DNA of 64,000 nucleotides from the human T2T-CHM13v2.0 reference genome, Homo sapiens, in NCBI RefSeq assembly GCF_009914755.1, contig NC_060947.1. One strand, 5' to 3'. The notes beneath the pieces are model-generated. The model saw nothing but the letters and a program-made list of their open reading frames with translations. It was not told where the DNA came from and did not search any database. The position numbers and the translations under genes are program-made. This document shows positions 40,151 to 64,000 of the stretch, piece by piece. How positions within the stretch are numbered: the first letter of the stretch is position 1; each line of letters begins with the position of its first letter.

Positions 40151-40719
40151 GTCAGGACCTGGAACTAAGTGCTGTGTGTCTTCTACTTAAAAACTACAAG
40201 AGAATGCAGGGTTTTCTTTCTTATTAAAATCAGGTGTCCCTTTAATCATTCCAAGCATATTTTTTATTGCATGCAGCCATTCAAAGTTTGCTTTTTCACA
40301 AATATTTGGCCTAAATTTTCTATTCAGCTTCAGTTTCAGCTTAGGATATTTAGGAAGACAAAGTAGCCAAATTCTATGCCAACAAGATTTCTGGCATCCC
40401 TATACTACTTTGTGATCCTGATAATTCTTATGTGACCATCATATCTAACCAATAATACATCATCAGTACTATAAACAAACCATAACATTTAGAGTTATGG
40501 TTATCATGTTATCCCAATTACTTTCAGATGAGTAATTGGGAAATAGATTGAGAGTTCAATTAAAAAAAGAGCATACATAAGTTAGAAAATATCCTGAAGA
40601 ATGTTATATTCTTCTTGATTAGACCCATGTTTATATAAATGTATACATTATAACATAAATATGTCTTTATATTGATACAAATTCTTGGTAAACATAGTGA
40701 AAAACATTCATTTGTATCA

Positions 40720-43348
<2,629 letters not shown>

Positions 43349-44895
43349 GAAAAATTACAAAACACAGAAAATCATAAACAAAAATCTCAGCAATGGGAGA
43401 TTTATAATAGTGCCCATTTAACTGCAGCATTATGAAGAATATCCATGGGTATTCGTTGTTTATTCAAAAATAAGTGTTTTCTAATTTGATGGAGAAAGTT
43501 TCCATTTAAATTTTGCTTTATTTTTCATTCCAAAATTACTAGAAGGTGCATAAGTGTTTCTATATCTTTATAATTTGAACTGTTTTGGTGCTAATTTTCC
43601 ATTTTATTCTTATTTTTATTTATCATGTTATATCCATACTGTTTTAATTTTTTTCATCTCAAGGGTTTTTGTTTGTGTGTACAAAGAGTATTAACTCTGT
43701 CACGTTATACAAAGAATAACTTTTCTGTTGATATATTGTTTCAAAATTGTTGATGATTTTTATTATTTTTTCTTCTTTAAAAATGTTTACTTAACAACTA
43801 ATAATTATATATATTTATGGTGTACAATTTGATGATTTGATATATGTATACAATTTAAGATATGAGTGAGTTATAAAAGGGATTGGATAGAAGTGCAACA
43901 AATGTTTACCTCACACTGTGAAATTTTGGCTGTTTTTATTCTGCTATTCCATATTTTACAATTTTCTGTAAAAATCATCTACTACTTTTTAATCAGAAAA
44001 GAAATAATATCTTACATCAAGAAAATTAATATTAAATTCCTTTAGAGAGAATATACAACCACAAATCCTTAATCAAATAAATAGCAATATGCTATTTACT
44101 TTATTATGGTAAACTTCTGGTTCATTGCCATGGCATTTATAAACTGTCATGATGCTGGTGGGAAGGTCCCATGCTAATAAGCAATGAGGGCAGCCAGAAA
44201 TCACCCTCACGGCCACCTGCTGGTTTCTGCCAGTTTCACTATCTTATCCTGTTTGGATCAGATCCTGTTTTGGTCAGTAGGGTTATGACTAGAAAACAAG
44301 TCCTGCTGGTCTCCTACCTCACATACATGTTTGTGTATTCACATGAGCCTTGGGCCAAGTTCCCCCGACTGAAACCATGGTATCATAAAGCTGGATGATT
44401 TATGGAAGGGATACAGTAAGATCAGAAAGTAATCCATAATTTTCAATCTGTAGGTAAATAAATTAAGCAATGGGTGAAAAAATGTATACAATAATGCAAA
44501 GCAGAATAATATGTATTAAATTAATATGAGGTCAGCAAATTTTTCTTTAACAGGCCCTACAATAAGTATTTCAGTCTTGGTAGGCCATGTAGTTTCTGTG
44601 TCATATTGTTGTGTTTTTTAGAAATAATACTTTAAAATGTAAAAAAAAAATACTTATCTCAAAAGATGTGCAAAAATAAGCCATAGACTGGATTTAGCTT
44701 TCAAGCCATAGACAGCTAGCCCCTGGATTATCTTTTAATTCAAATATTTGAATACTGTATTTTTGTACCAGTAGTCAAAATATTAACAAATGAGAGTTCT
44801 AACTTCAGATAAGATTTTGAAAGCCTCAAGAGAAAGTCACTCTAGCCCTGAAAATCAGCAATATCCTGATAATCTATAAAATTATAGGGGATTTA

Positions 44896-45369
44896 CATGC
44901 TACTATAAAGACACATGCACACGTATGCTTATTGCGGCACTATTCACAATAGCAAAGACTTGGAACCAACCCAAATGCCCATCAATGATAGACTGGATTA
45001 AGAAAATGTGGCACATATACACCATGGAATACTGTGTAGCCATAAAAAAGGATGACTTCATGTCCTTCGCAGGGACATGGATGAAGCTGGAAACCATCAT
45101 TCTGAGCAAACTATCACAAGGACAGAAAACCAAACACTGCATGTTCTCACTCATAGGTGGGAACTGAACAATGAGAACACTTGGACACAGGAAGGGGAAC
45201 ATCACACCTTGGTGGGGTGGTGGACAGGGAGAGGGATAGCATTAGGAGAAATACCTAATGTAAATGATGAGTTAATGGGTGCAGCACACCAACATGGCAC
45301 ATGTATACCTATGTAACAAACCTGCAGGTTGTGCACATGTACCCTAGAACTTAAAGTATAATAATAAAA
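44896..45369 (+). mobile_element. Short 5'-truncated L1PA
   Basis: L1 3' end; TSD aaaattataggggattta on both sides. Confidence 0.92.
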
Positions 45370-45699
45370 AAAATTATAGGGGATTTATTAGATCATGATC
45401 TAAAAAAGATCATCAAGGTAACAAGGCAGCCATGGGAACTGATACAAAAGGGCGACTAGTCCCTCTAAGGAGAGATGAGACACACAAACTGCATCACTTC
45501 TGGCAGAGCACATGTGGAGGCAGTGACAGTCATAAAAGTGAGTAAGAAGGAAACAACTGAAAATGTAACAAATTCATAAAGGCCAAACATACGCAATTGA
45601 GAGAGCTGGAATCCCTGGAAGTCTCAGAGACAAGTGGAATTCACATCCACAGACAGAGTGAGATCCTGTCTCAAAAAAAAATTGTCTGAGTTTATAATA

Positions 45700-46395
45700 C
45701 TAGATAAAAAGGTAAGAACGAAAATAACAGATGCTGGTGAGTTTGTGCAGAAAAAGCAACACTGGCACCCTGTTGGTTGGAGTATAAAAATTAGTTCAAC
45801 CATTGTGGAAAGGAGCGTGGAGATTCCTCAAAGACCTAAAAATAGAAATACCATTTTGACACAGCAATCCCATTGCTGGGAATATACCCAAAGGAATACA
45901 AATCTTTTTATTATAAAGACATGCACATGTATGGTCATTGCAGCACTATTCACAATAAGAAACACATGGAATTAACCTAAATGCCCATCAATAGTAGACT
46001 GGATAAAGAAAATGTGGTACATATACACCATTGAATACTATGTGCCCATTTTAAAAAGCGAGATCATATCATTTGCAGGAACATGAATAGAGCTGGAGGC
46101 CATTATCCTTAGCAAACTAATGCAAGAAATGAAAACTAAATACCACAAGATCTCACTTATAAGTGGGAACTAAATGATGAGAACACACGGACACATAGAG
46201 GGGAACAACACCCACTGGAGCCTGTTGGAGGGTGGAGGGTGGGAGGAGGGAGAAGGTCAGAAAAATACCTAATGGGTACTGGGTTTAATACCTGGGTGAT
46301 GAAATAATCTGTACAACAAACCCCTATGACACAAGTTTACCTAGGTAACAAACCTGCACATGTACCCCTCAACCCAAAATAAAAGTTTCAAAAAA
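45700..46395 (+). mobile_element. Older L1P 3' end
   Basis: ORF2 C-terminal-like sequence and 3' UTR. Confidence 0.82.
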
Positions 46396-46468
46396 ACGCA
46401 CAAAAATTGTGAAATATTCTGATCTTTCTACTGAGAAAAAAAATCAGTTCATTTCTTTTTATTAAAAA

Positions 46469-46585
46469 GGGAAGGGAGGAAGGGAGGAAGGAAGGAAGGG
46501 AGGAAGGAAGGAAGGGAGGAAGGGAGGAAGGAAGGGAGGGAGGGAGGGAGGGAGGGAGGGAGGGAGGGGATAAGGAGAGAAGGAG
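46469..46585 (+). repeat. Polypurine (GGAA/GGGA)n simple repeat
   Basis: Seen directly. Confidence 0.95.
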
Positions 46586-46745
46586 AAGAAAACAGAAAAC
46601 AAAAACAGGGCTGAACAAATGTGTCTGTCTCTACCCAAACAGCTCTTGATGAGAAGGCACTTTGAGCAACTTGAGTGTCAAGTAACATAAATCAGAGGGT
46701 CATAATCATCTCCATTTACAGCCTTTCAAAAGTTATTCTGGCTAG

Positions 46746-46896
46746 TTTTTTTTATTACACTTTAAGTTTTAGGGTACATGTGCACAACGTACAGGTTTGT
46801 TACATATGTATACATATGCCATGTTGGTGTGCTGCACCCATTAACTCGTCATTTAGCATTAGGTATATCTCCTAATGCTATTCATCCCCCCTCCCC
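46746..46896 (-). mobile_element. Very short L1PA 3' end
   Basis: ttattacactttaagttttagggtacatgtgcac... reverse L1 terminus. Confidence 0.85.
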
Positions 46897-47469
46897 AGTT
46901 TTTCTGAGCGATTCAATCCTGCCTTGGGCTCCATTGAATCCAGTGTATTCTCCTGAAGGGCACCTCTTCCCTGGATTAACAGCCCAACTGAGGACCAAAA
47001 GAGACTGGTTAGTTTAGGGAAAAAAGGAAAAGAAAAATATAAAAGACCAACATTTCCTCCCCCATGATAATGTTCTCCTTTTTACGTTTCCCACTCAATC
47101 TACAGGAGGATATTTGAACTCCAAAATGTCAAAGCTAAGAGAGCTCTGAGAGATCATCTGATATAGCCATTTTTCAAAGAACTTTTAGCACCATAACACT
47201 TCTGTAAAATGAAATTTTATCCAAAACCCTACTGCAGAAAGTGGTGGGATAAAATAATATTTTTAGACAAATATATCACTTTAGTTTCAAGTTATCTTTC
47301 CATAAAGGCTGTAAAATGGTTTGATTTAGGTTCTTTTGAAGAACCTTACAAATTATTCTGTGGATTTCTTCATAACACTTCAGTTTTATATTAACTTCTG
47401 CATCTAATTTTTTGGTATTTTTATTGTGGCGCAGCTGCAAGAAGATCTTGATTTTCACAATACATTTAT

Positions 47470-48138
47470 CAGTAATCCGTATCTTGAAAAAACCCACGTT
47501 AAAAATAAATAAGTTACAAGCAAAGGATAGAAGAAGATATAACCCCACAAATACGAATCAAATAAAAACTGGAGGGATTAATACCTCACAAAGCACACTT
47601 TATAGTGGAGATTATTACAAGGGACAAAGTGGGACATTACATAATAATCATAGAAAGGTGCATTGATTCAGGAGACAGAAACACCATGAGTATGTATGCA
47701 CCTTCAAAATACATGAGGCAAAATCGATACATCAGAAAGAAGAAATAGACACACATGCAGTTATAGTAGAACTCTTCAACACTCCTGCCAGCAATTGGTA
47801 GAAAGAGTGTACAAAAACACCAGGATATATACATGCAGAAGGCTTAAACATCACTATTAAACAACTTGGCCTAATTGATATTCATAGAGCAAAGCAGAAT
47901 GCATATTCGTCTCAAGTGCTCATGGAATGTTCACCAAGATAAACCATATTATAGGCCGAAAAACAAATATCAACAAATTCAAAAGGAATGAAAACTTATA
48001 AAACATGTTTTGTGACCACAAAAGAATTCAAATAGAAATTACTTGTAGAAAGATATCTAGAATCCATGAAATAGCAGAAATTAAACAAAACTTTTAAGTA
48101 ATGCAGGGATGAAAGAAGAAATTGTAGGGAAAATTTTA
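47470..48138 (+). mobile_element. Old L1M ORF2 endonuclease-region fragment (continues at ~54590-54700)
   Basis: Degenerate L1 EN-like sequence interrupted by the younger L1. Confidence 0.65.
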
Positions 48139-48375
48139 TTTTTATTTTTATTTTTTTTTATACTTTAAGTTTTAGGGTACATGTTCACAACATGCAGATT
48201 AGTTACACATGCATACATGTGCCATGTTGGTGTGCTGCACCCATTAACTAGTCATTTAACATTAGGTATATCTCCTAATGCTATCCCTCCCCCCTCCCCC
48301 CCCACAACAGGCCCCGGTGTGTGATGTTCCCCTTCCTGTGTCCATGTGTTCTCATTGTTCAATTCCCACCTATGA
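48139..48375 (-). mobile_element. Short L1PA 3' end inserted at the tail of the long L1
   Basis: A second L1 3' terminus directly before another one. Confidence 0.8.
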
Positions 48376-54575
<6,200 letters not shown>

Positions 54576-54702
54576 CCGGACCTCACAGAGAAAATTTTAA
54601 AATAAAAATGCAACATATCAAACTTTGCAAGATGAAACTAAAGCATAGAGGGAAATGTATACCATTCAATACTCGCATCAGAAAGGAAGAAAAGTCTTAA
54701 AT

Positions 54703-54847
54703 TGGCCAGGCATGGTCAGGCGAGGTGGCTCACGCCTGTAATCCCAGCACTTTGGGAGGCTGAGATGAGAGGATTGCTTGAGACCAGGAGTTCAAGAACA
54801 GCCTGGTCAACATAGGGAGGCTCTATTTCTAATTTTTTTAAAAAAAT
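54703..54847 (+). mobile_element. Alu monomer (FLAM-like)
   Basis: Left-arm-only Alu. Confidence 0.75.
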
Positions 54848-56794
54848 GCATCATAGAACTAAATGTAAAAGCTAATGTTACAACACTTGTAGAAGAAAAT
54901 GTATGAGGATGTCTGACATCATGTTAGACAAAGACAGGATACAAAAAGCACAGACTATGAAATAAAAAATTCATAAACTGTTTTTAAGTTTATATACCTA
55001 TGTCCTATCATTATCCAGTGACTACTTACTTTTCAAAGCATTATACAAATCACATGAAGAGGTCACTAGAGGTCTAATTGCCTAGAGAAATGTAAATTTT
55101 TCCTAGAAGTTCATGATGACTAAATCCCACCATTTCATTTAGTTTCCACAATACCCTTTAAGGAGAGCTGAATATTCATTATGCTAAAAAAAAAAAACTA
55201 TGCCCTCTCCCAAGCCCCGCAGACTCAGTCTTTGAGTCCCTGAAGAGCTGAAGAGATAACCCAAAGATCAGCCAAGGGGTCAAAGTAGTCTTGACTTTGT
55301 ATCTCTGGAACATGCTCCAGGAAAATGTGGGAAGAGCAACAATATTCACAGCAAAAATGTCACTGCTAGAATTAATTGGAAACTTACTATATGCAAGGAA
55401 CTGTCTTGACAACTGTACTTGTTTACACAGTCAGTGCTCTAAACTGCCTGCAAGAAGTAGATGACTTTACAAGTACTATTTCCAAAGAACTAATGGAGAA
55501 AGGAGGCACAGAGATGTTAAGTAACTTTCTCAATGTCACCCAGCAGTAAGCAGTGGAGCATGGGTCAGAGGCATCATGAAAACATCTACTGTGCTACATA
55601 TTTGTGCAATCAAGGGCAAGACCCAAAAGCTACTGCAAAATATTTATAATTTTACAGCATGGGACTGTACAATGAATGGAAATTTGATTTCTTCAGAAAT
55701 CATTTAGAGACGGAGGCTTGAAAGGATTGGTCTGGGTATCATTTGGAGAAGGTGCCCTGAGTGTGTCATTACCATACCAGGCAGCATGTCAGTGTCAGCC
55801 CCGTAACCTGAAGGTCTTGAGTTTGTACATCAGAGAACACTCCAAACCTATCCCTTTTATACATTCACAAAGGAGAAAGCTGTGTGGCTGGGAAAGACTA
55901 CTTCCCTGCTCTAGTAGTCCTCAAACAAGTTTCCATGAAAGTTGGAACCCAGAATCTTTTAAAAATGCAGACTCCAGGATTCACACCCAATGAATCTCAT
56001 GTAGTGCGGCCACAATGGTGCCCTAGGATCTGGGAATTTACTGCCTAGCCTAGGGAACTTTCAGAAACCTTATTAAATCCCTTAGGTAGCAAGACTGTGT
56101 GCAATATACCCACTCTTCCCAGCACAGACAGGACGTTTAGAAGAGCGACCTCAGAGTACACGGGAACAGAAGACATGATGAACACAGTGTGAAAGTCACC
56201 ACAAGGGTAAGACGATGAGTCTTATGAGAAGACCTTGCAACTCCTACTGGCCTTTCTCCCTGAAGGACTCAGTTTATCTCAAATCTCTTATCCTCATGGG
56301 TAGTGGATGGAGGGGTGCCAGGAAACGACCTTTTAGATCACAAAAGGGCATAGGCTTTTCTCAGGGACCATTGAACACATTAGATGGGAGGTGATGCAAG
56401 CTATTGTCCCCCTCCCACCAGCCTTGGTTTCTTTCTTCGTGTCCCTCCACGGGAACCTAGAGCAATGTCAGGATGTAGGGCCAATGTCCCCTTCACTAAC
56501 AGACTCCACACCCTCACCTGAGGAGTTCATCTCCCCTCTCCTCCCTTAAGCTGTCCTTCTCCTGATCTCGTCTGTGATCCCACAGCAGACAGCTGTCCCT
56601 GGCAGCCCGACAACCTAGCCTGGCCCCTTCCTCCTGTGTCCCAGCCTAGAGAGGGCTGTCCTCACCAAGGAGAAGGACATCTGTCCCAGGATCCCAGAGC
56701 CATGACTACCACAGAACCATCCTGAGCATCAGTGTCCCATGGCAGTGGTTGACCTATGAAATGAAGCTTCACCACACACCCCAGATGGCTCTGA

Positions 56795-57122
<328 letters not shown>

Positions 57123-57885
57123 CTGAAAAACTTTCCTATCACAGAAAGCAAGACAGAGGAGGAAGGTGCCTTAACCCCTCCTAGGAAACGTGTCCTTTTC
57201 CACACTAGAGAGCTATTTCCTCTGTACTGACCACAACATTCCTATTCTTTTTATGTAAATAAGAAGACTGAGGGTAATTTCAATCCTAAACTTGTAATTT
57301 ATAGCAAGAAAATCATTGCACATTTTGGGACATTTAGGACATTCTGAGGGCAGCTTTGGTTGCTGGAGTGATTGGCAGGGGCTACTGGCATTTGGGGACT
57401 GAGGGTTACAGGGAAGGCAATTGACTTTTTCTAGAGTCTTAAATAAACTGGATTTTCCATACATGTCACTCCTTGTAAACTGAGAGATGCTTGTAATGTT
57501 GCTTCATCTGAGAACTTACAAAGACTTATTGACTGCTTTGGCAATCACATCACTACAGAGCATTCCATTCTTGGATTGCACTCTGACACAACATACCAGT
57601 ATCAATTTGCTTTGTAACTCCGCATGCCCCAGGGGAAACAATGAGGGGAATCCAACTTACCTACCAAAGGGATAATTTCCATGATAAGCTGTTAGTTGAT
57701 GCGGAAAATCAAGTGGGAGATGTTGGTAGTGTGATCTCTCATTAGTTGGTGAACACACCGGCTATGCCCGTTGCTGTTACTGCACTGAAGTTCTCTTTGC
57801 AGGTGTATTTCCCTCACCAGGCTCTGTGGTCTCTCCTGGAAAGCTGGAAACATACCCAGTAGATCTCTGTGTCCTCAGGATGGGA

Positions 57886-58140
57886 CAGAGGACCTCACAG
57901 ACAGAAGGAGGGCAGGGAACACTTGTGGAATGGTAGTGATCTCTACATGGTTGGATGACCAAACCCTGAGTCACAGTGATGAGCCACATGGATGGCAGTC
58001 TGCAGAGGGTGGGAGGGGAATGCCACAGGCCTCTGCCTTAGGAGCCATGCAGCTGCAGTAGAGTGAGACCAACCTGCAGTACTGATCTCAGTTATGCCCT
58101 TTAAGGGTCCCAGATGTATGCAGCCTATTGGTTAAGGTTC

Positions 58141-58188
<48 letters not shown>

Positions 58189-60112
58189 ACGCAGAGAGAG
58201 ACAGAGAGAAATTGATTTTGAGGAAGTGAATCATGCAAATGTGGGGGCTGGAAGTACAAACCTTGCAGAGCAGGATGTCAGGCTGGAGTCCCATGGCAGA
58301 GGTGATGTGATCTCTCAAATTTAAGGGCAGCGTAGAGGCAGAATTTCTTCATCTTGAGGAGAACTTCAGTCTTCTTCTCTGAAAGCCTTCAAGTGACCGG
58401 ATGAGGCCCACCCACATTGTGGAGGGCAATTAAGTTTACCCAGTGTCTGTTTATTTAACTGTTAGTCTTAGCTGAAAAACACCCTCAGAGAGACACCTAC
58501 CCTGGACAAAGTGAACAATTTTGTCTCGATCGTGACTGAGCCAAGTTGACACACCAGATTTCCCATCATAGCCATCTTATACAAATCCTATTAATTATGA
58601 AGGTCTATCTGACAAAGGCAGGTGACTTCCTAACTAAGATTCTGTATTAACCTTTTTTGTCCAGCCCAAGCCTCCATTTCAGGCTTGGTATGATACTGGC
58701 CAGGAAACTGAGGCTGATGTAAATGCCTTCCAGGGCTCAGGCAGGGTCAGGATAGTCAGGGCGCACATGCAAGTACAATCCCAGAGGGCACAAGTGATAC
58801 CCGTGGACTCTAAGAGTTTATACCCTTGTTAGGGTACCCCCAGCAGGACATACATTAGTTAGGCAGGAGCTGGCCAAGGCTCCCAATGTGGCCTCCCACT
58901 GCGTGACCTTTCCCTCTGGGGTTCTTATCCAGTCCAAACAATTCATTTGCATCTTTGGCTTAAGGGAACTGTCAGAAGGCAGTCAGTTCACGGTAGTCAT
59001 TGACACCAGTTCCTCCAATTCAAAAGCATGGATACATCCCCAGGTGTTGTGCCTGGGATGTTCAGGAGCTGGGTCGCCCCTGCTGTTCCATAGTCGCAGC
59101 TGTGTCAGGTGTGATCTTGGGTTCAGTATTCAGTGTAGTTTCAACCTTGGCTACAGGATATGACTGTGGGCTCCTCACAAGCAGAGAGACCCACCATCTG
59201 TGCTGTCACAGAGTACCTCCAATTCAGTGTCATACTGTAAGACTAGGGACACAGTGCTGACACAATGCTGATCTTGCTTTTGCTGTCTACGCAAGCAATC
59301 AACCACTTGGATCCATTTGGGCTCATTTTCTTCTTACCGGCTAAATCTATGGATATGTGACAAGGTAAACTAACAACTATACTGGTGAACCTTGTAGCCC
59401 TGTTAGCCACAACAGGGCAGTTTAGGAACTGCTTGAGCAATTGACACACTATTGTACTGAATTGTGTGTAGTGTTGCCTGGCCAGAACATTGACTAATTC
59501 CTCCTGGCATCACACGGAGCAAGAAGCACAGTTTTTAGCACATACCACTGACTTAGGATTGGCCTTGTCACCGTTGGGTATTTACAAACAGACTTTAGAA
59601 TTCATTCCATGTCTGACACAATTAATTAACATATTTATTTAAATCAAATAAGTTTTGGAAGTCAAATGCATTTTTAAAGATAACTTGGTATTTTTACTTG
59701 CATTTCAAAAGCAGTTATCACTTACTATAGATGTAGTTGTAAAGGTAAATTGAATGAAAAAAATAAATTTTGAAGAAAAAACAGAAATGTAACTAGTAAA
59801 CCAAATTTGTCTGCAATGTCATGCCTGCTTCCTATATTATTTCATTTATTCTTCATAGCAAGTATTTAGTGTAAATATTCTAATTTCTACTTTAGAAATG
59901 GGGAAACCGTCCCATAGGATATAAGTATCTTGCCCACCATCTCAAGGCCAGCGCGTGAGAGGCGGAATAGAAACCCATGGTTATTTCATGTCATAGCCTA
60001 TAAAGAGACAGTGTAGCTAGGACCCAAGTCATCTCTCATCAGCAAGTTGCCCTGGTTACTTTCCCCTGTCTTTGACCTAGGCCTTAATTCTTTCATCCCA
60101 GCTCTATGGCCT
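57886..60112. repeat. Inverted paralogue of 24069-26297, including (TG)n at 58144-58187 and an MLT2-like LTR on the - strand
   Basis: Reverse-complement similarity seen by eye. Confidence 0.88.
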
Positions 60113-60457
60113 AGGCAAATGGGATCCCCTACACTTAGTCTCACTTTTTATTTGAATCCTGGCTTTTCAGTCCTTTTGGATAAGAAAATACTTTATAATC
60201 TCTGTAATAGGGAGAAATAATTGCTGATTATAATCTCCTTCCCCTCCTTAAGCAGTATGGATTCTGAGTAGGGCCTTTGCTGCAGAATTCTCTTTGTGGG
60301 TATGAGGATACAAATGGAGCCCAGAGTTGAAATTCCTGTATTATGTTTAGTAAGAGGGATATAAGGCTGGATCCAGGAAGCTTCAGGGGCTTCTGAATGA
60401 GATGTGGTGACTGTCAGACTGATGGAGTTTTTATGTAGATGAAAAATGAGGCTTGTA

Positions 60458-60817
60458 TGAAATACTATGCAGCCATAAAAAAGAATGAGATCGTGTCCTT
60501 TGCAGGGACATGGATGAAGCTGGAAGCCATCATCCTCAGCAAACTAATACAGGAACAGAGAACATTCTCTCACTCATAAGTGGGAGTTGAATGATGAGAA
60601 CACATGGACACAGGGAGGGGGAACAACACACACTGGGTGGGGGGGTCGGGGGCAAGGAGAGGGAGAGCATTAGGACAAATACCTAATGCATGCAGAGCTT
60701 AAAACCTAGATGACAGGTTGGTAGGTGTAGCAAACCACATGGCACATGTACACCTACATAACAAATCTGCACATTCTGCACATGTATCCCAGAACTTAAA
60801 GTAAAATTTAAAAAAAA
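60458..60817 (+). mobile_element. L1PA 3' end fragment
   Basis: L1 3' UTR and A tail. Confidence 0.88.
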
Positions 60818-61205
60818 TGATTTAAAGAGGGAAGCACAATTTCTTTTAGAAATGTAGAAGAGGAAGCTTAGCAGTTTAAGTACATTAAAGAAGGCTTCAT
60901 AGAGAAGGTAACACCTGAGCAGAATAAGGGAGAGTAAATGGGAGTTACTCAAGTAAAAAAAGAGGGGTAAGCACATTCCGGGCAGAGAAGACAATATATA
61001 TACAGACAGGGAGGAATAAAATAGCATTGTGTGTGGATGAGAAGTATGAGCAGTCCTTGACAATAGAATGTAAAATGAAAGGTGGAAAGCGGTGGTGATT
61101 GAAACTAGAAAGATCATAGGAGGATGGGAAAGAGAGGAAATTTTGTATGTCATGTTGAAAAGCTTGGAATATATCATACAGAGATATAAAACCAGTGGTA
61201 ACTTT

Positions 61206-61600
61206 TGAGGATGGGGTTCAGGACACACTACCCCAGAATATGGGGGTATTTAGAAAACAGCAGAAGCAGGAAGATAGCTCTCACCTTCCCCCAACCCTTC
61301 TCCCCTGAAGCAGGTCATAAAACCCTCATTTGACAGGTGCTGTCTCTATACCCAGAGGAAATGGACATCTGTATATCTCCAAAAACACAAGATCACTGAC
61401 AGCAATCTGAACAAACAGGCATAACTGAGTTCTCCCCAATTAACTACCATTAGATCATGCGTTTTTATCCAACATACTTTTCCATCACTATCCACTTCTC
61501 CATCAAACCTAGAATAAATATACACAAGTTTTCCTGTTTCTTTGTGTTTTCCTTTCCCTATGTAAAACTTATATTAAATAAATGTGTGTGCTTTTCTAAA
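61206..61600 (+). mobile_element. ERV LTR-like element
   Basis: TGAGGATGGGGTTCAGGACACACTACCCC start, with polyA-signal-like end. Confidence 0.5.
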
Positions 61601-62303
61601 AAAAAAATGAGGTTTGGTGCTTCTCCCTCCCTGGCTCTTAATAACTTTTAAAGAAAGGTCAAATGTGTTTGCAGGAGATGTTGTGGCATTTTCCATAGGG
61701 ATTGAGGCATCAGTTCTTCTCTCCGTGTTCCCACAAACTATTCCAAATGACTTTAGTATTCAAGTTATATTGTTCTGTAGCACAGTAAAATAGGTATGTT
61801 ATCATTACTTTTTTAAATGTTTTTGTACCAATGGTTTCATCTCGGAACGCCTGTTAGCTCTATGTGCCATATTTTGGGAAACCCCTCCTTCAAGAAAAGA
61901 ATAAAGCCTTTTATCTTGAACTATGAAAAAATATATATTTTATATATTACCACAGATTTATATGAAAAATGAGATTACCACTGAAGTCAATATATACAAC
62001 ACCAGTTCTACATTCAATGCTGTCAGAAGCATTTGCTTCGAGAAAATGCAGACTGTGAACTTAGAACTTGAATCCCCATATCTGCTTCTTACTAGAGTCA
62101 TTTATTGCAAAGTTTACGAAAACTCTGACTCACCTTTTTAAAGGATTAAATGAGGTCAGAAACAATGAAACATAGCTCAGAGAAGTGGCTAATGGATAAC
62201 ACATACTCTTTAAATGTGAGTTATTATTATTCCTGTTTTTCTTAACTCAATAAATGGAGCTATTGTCCTAACTATAAACACCTTTGGTTAGTCAACCCAT
62301 TCA

Positions 62304-62460
<157 letters not shown>

Positions 62461-62775
62461 ACTTATGTAAGCACATTAATAGAATGGCAACTTTTAACTT
62501 TCTGTGTACAGAGGTTAATATCAGTACAAAAAAAAAGGAGCAGGTAGTTTTCAGAGTGACAGCATCATTAGAGGGATCATTGGAGGAAAGACGGCCACCT
62601 TATAAAGTTCAAAGGCATAGGAACCTAAAGCTGCCCCTTCTGTCTTTCTTTTAAGTAAGGTCCAAAGGTAAAAAGGAGATTCAATCTAGAAACAAAAGAA
62701 CATGACAAAGCCTATCCCTAAGTTATTCAGTCTTGCAGAGATTTCAGTTCTAGAGAATAGAAAGAGGACTTATAC

Positions 62776-62890
62776 CCAGGAGGCGGATCTTGCAGTGAGC
62801 CGAGATTGCACCACTGCATTCCAGCCTGGGCGACAGAGCTAGACTCCGTCTCAAAAAAAAAAAAAAAAAAGAAAGAAAGAAAGAAAGAAA
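62776..62890 (+). mobile_element. Severely 5'-truncated AluY with A/(GAAA)n tail
   Basis: TSD gaaagaggacttata on both sides. Confidence 0.88.
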
Positions 62891-62964
62891 GAAAGAGGAC
62901 TTATATCCCAATTCATTTCATGAAGCTAGTGTAACCTAGATACCAAAGGCCAACAAAGAGAATA

Positions 62965-63327
62965 CAGATGGCCCCAACTTATGATGCTTCCACTTAAAAT
63001 TATTTGGCTTTATGATGGCAGATAAAAGAAATGTGTTCAGTGGAAACACTACTTCGAATAGCCATATAACCATTATATTTTTCACTTCCAGGACAGTATT
63101 CAATAAATTACATGAGATATTCCAAGTTATGATAAAATAGACTTTGTGTTAGATGATTTTGCACAACCGTAGGCTAATGTAAGCATGCTGGGCACGTTTA
63201 AGGGAGCCTAAGCTAAGCTATGATGTTTGCTAAGTTAGGTGTACTGAATGCATTTTCAACTTACAAAATTTTCAATATATGATCGATTTATTAGGACATA
63301 ATTCTATGATAACTTGAGGAGCATCTC
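62965..63327. mobile_element. Tigger3-like MITE (TcMar DNA transposon)
   Basis: TA|CAGATGGCCCCAACTTATGAT...ATAACTTGAGGAGCATCTC|TA: imperfect terminal inverted repeats and TA TSD. Confidence 0.75.
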
Positions 63328-63641
63328 TACATAAAATAAAAATATAGGCTAATGTCGCTTCTGAGAACACACATACAAATCCTAAACAAATTAGTAATAC
63401 ATAGATTATTCAAAAAGGATAATGTGTCATGACCAAATGTTTCCCCCTAGGAATGCAACGTTGGTTTAAACATAGCAACTTACCAATGTAATTCACAATG
63501 TTAACAGATTAATAAAGGAAAAAGTCCTGTAATCATCTACGTGGATGCATTACAAGTGCTTCATGAAAGTCAATATATATTCAAGATAAATAGTCTTAAC
63601 AAATGGAAAATAGAATGGAACTTCCTATTCTAATAAAATAG

Positions 63642-64000
<359 letters not shown>

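Overview
Human/hominid genomic DNA, recognisable from its proteins as part of the X-linked (Xp11.22) cancer-testis gene region. It holds two intact spliced genes. SPANXN5 is on the - strand (2 exons, 72 aa, solo LTR in its intron, latent acidic 39-bp repeat behind the stop). XAGE5 is on the + strand (non-coding exon 1 plus 4 coding exons, 108 aa). Two decayed XAGE paralogues flank XAGE5 in inverted orientation. The left remnant (~3385-8390) keeps only a frameshifted exon 4. The right copy (~26297-35760, plus upstream flank at ~38976-39410) is a five-exon pseudogene with all splice sites intact, but its ATG is lost, it has two frameshifts and its polyA signal is deleted. That pseudogene carries an SVA with a ~430-bp 3' transduction in intron 3. 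Upstream of it, a MER52-like LTR contains a full-length EIF4A2 retrocopy. The right half is dominated by L1 (a twin-primed 5'-inverted L1PA, a near full-length L1PA and fragments), Alus, ERVL/MLT2 remnants and a Tigger MITE. A ~2.2-kb block is present twice in inverted orientation. Most ORF-track entries are Alu/L1/SVA/LTR artefacts. I found no convincing new biological system. The notable signals are retrotransposition and rearrangement footprints and possible transcription of the pseudogene. Repeat subfamily names are by-eye recognitions.
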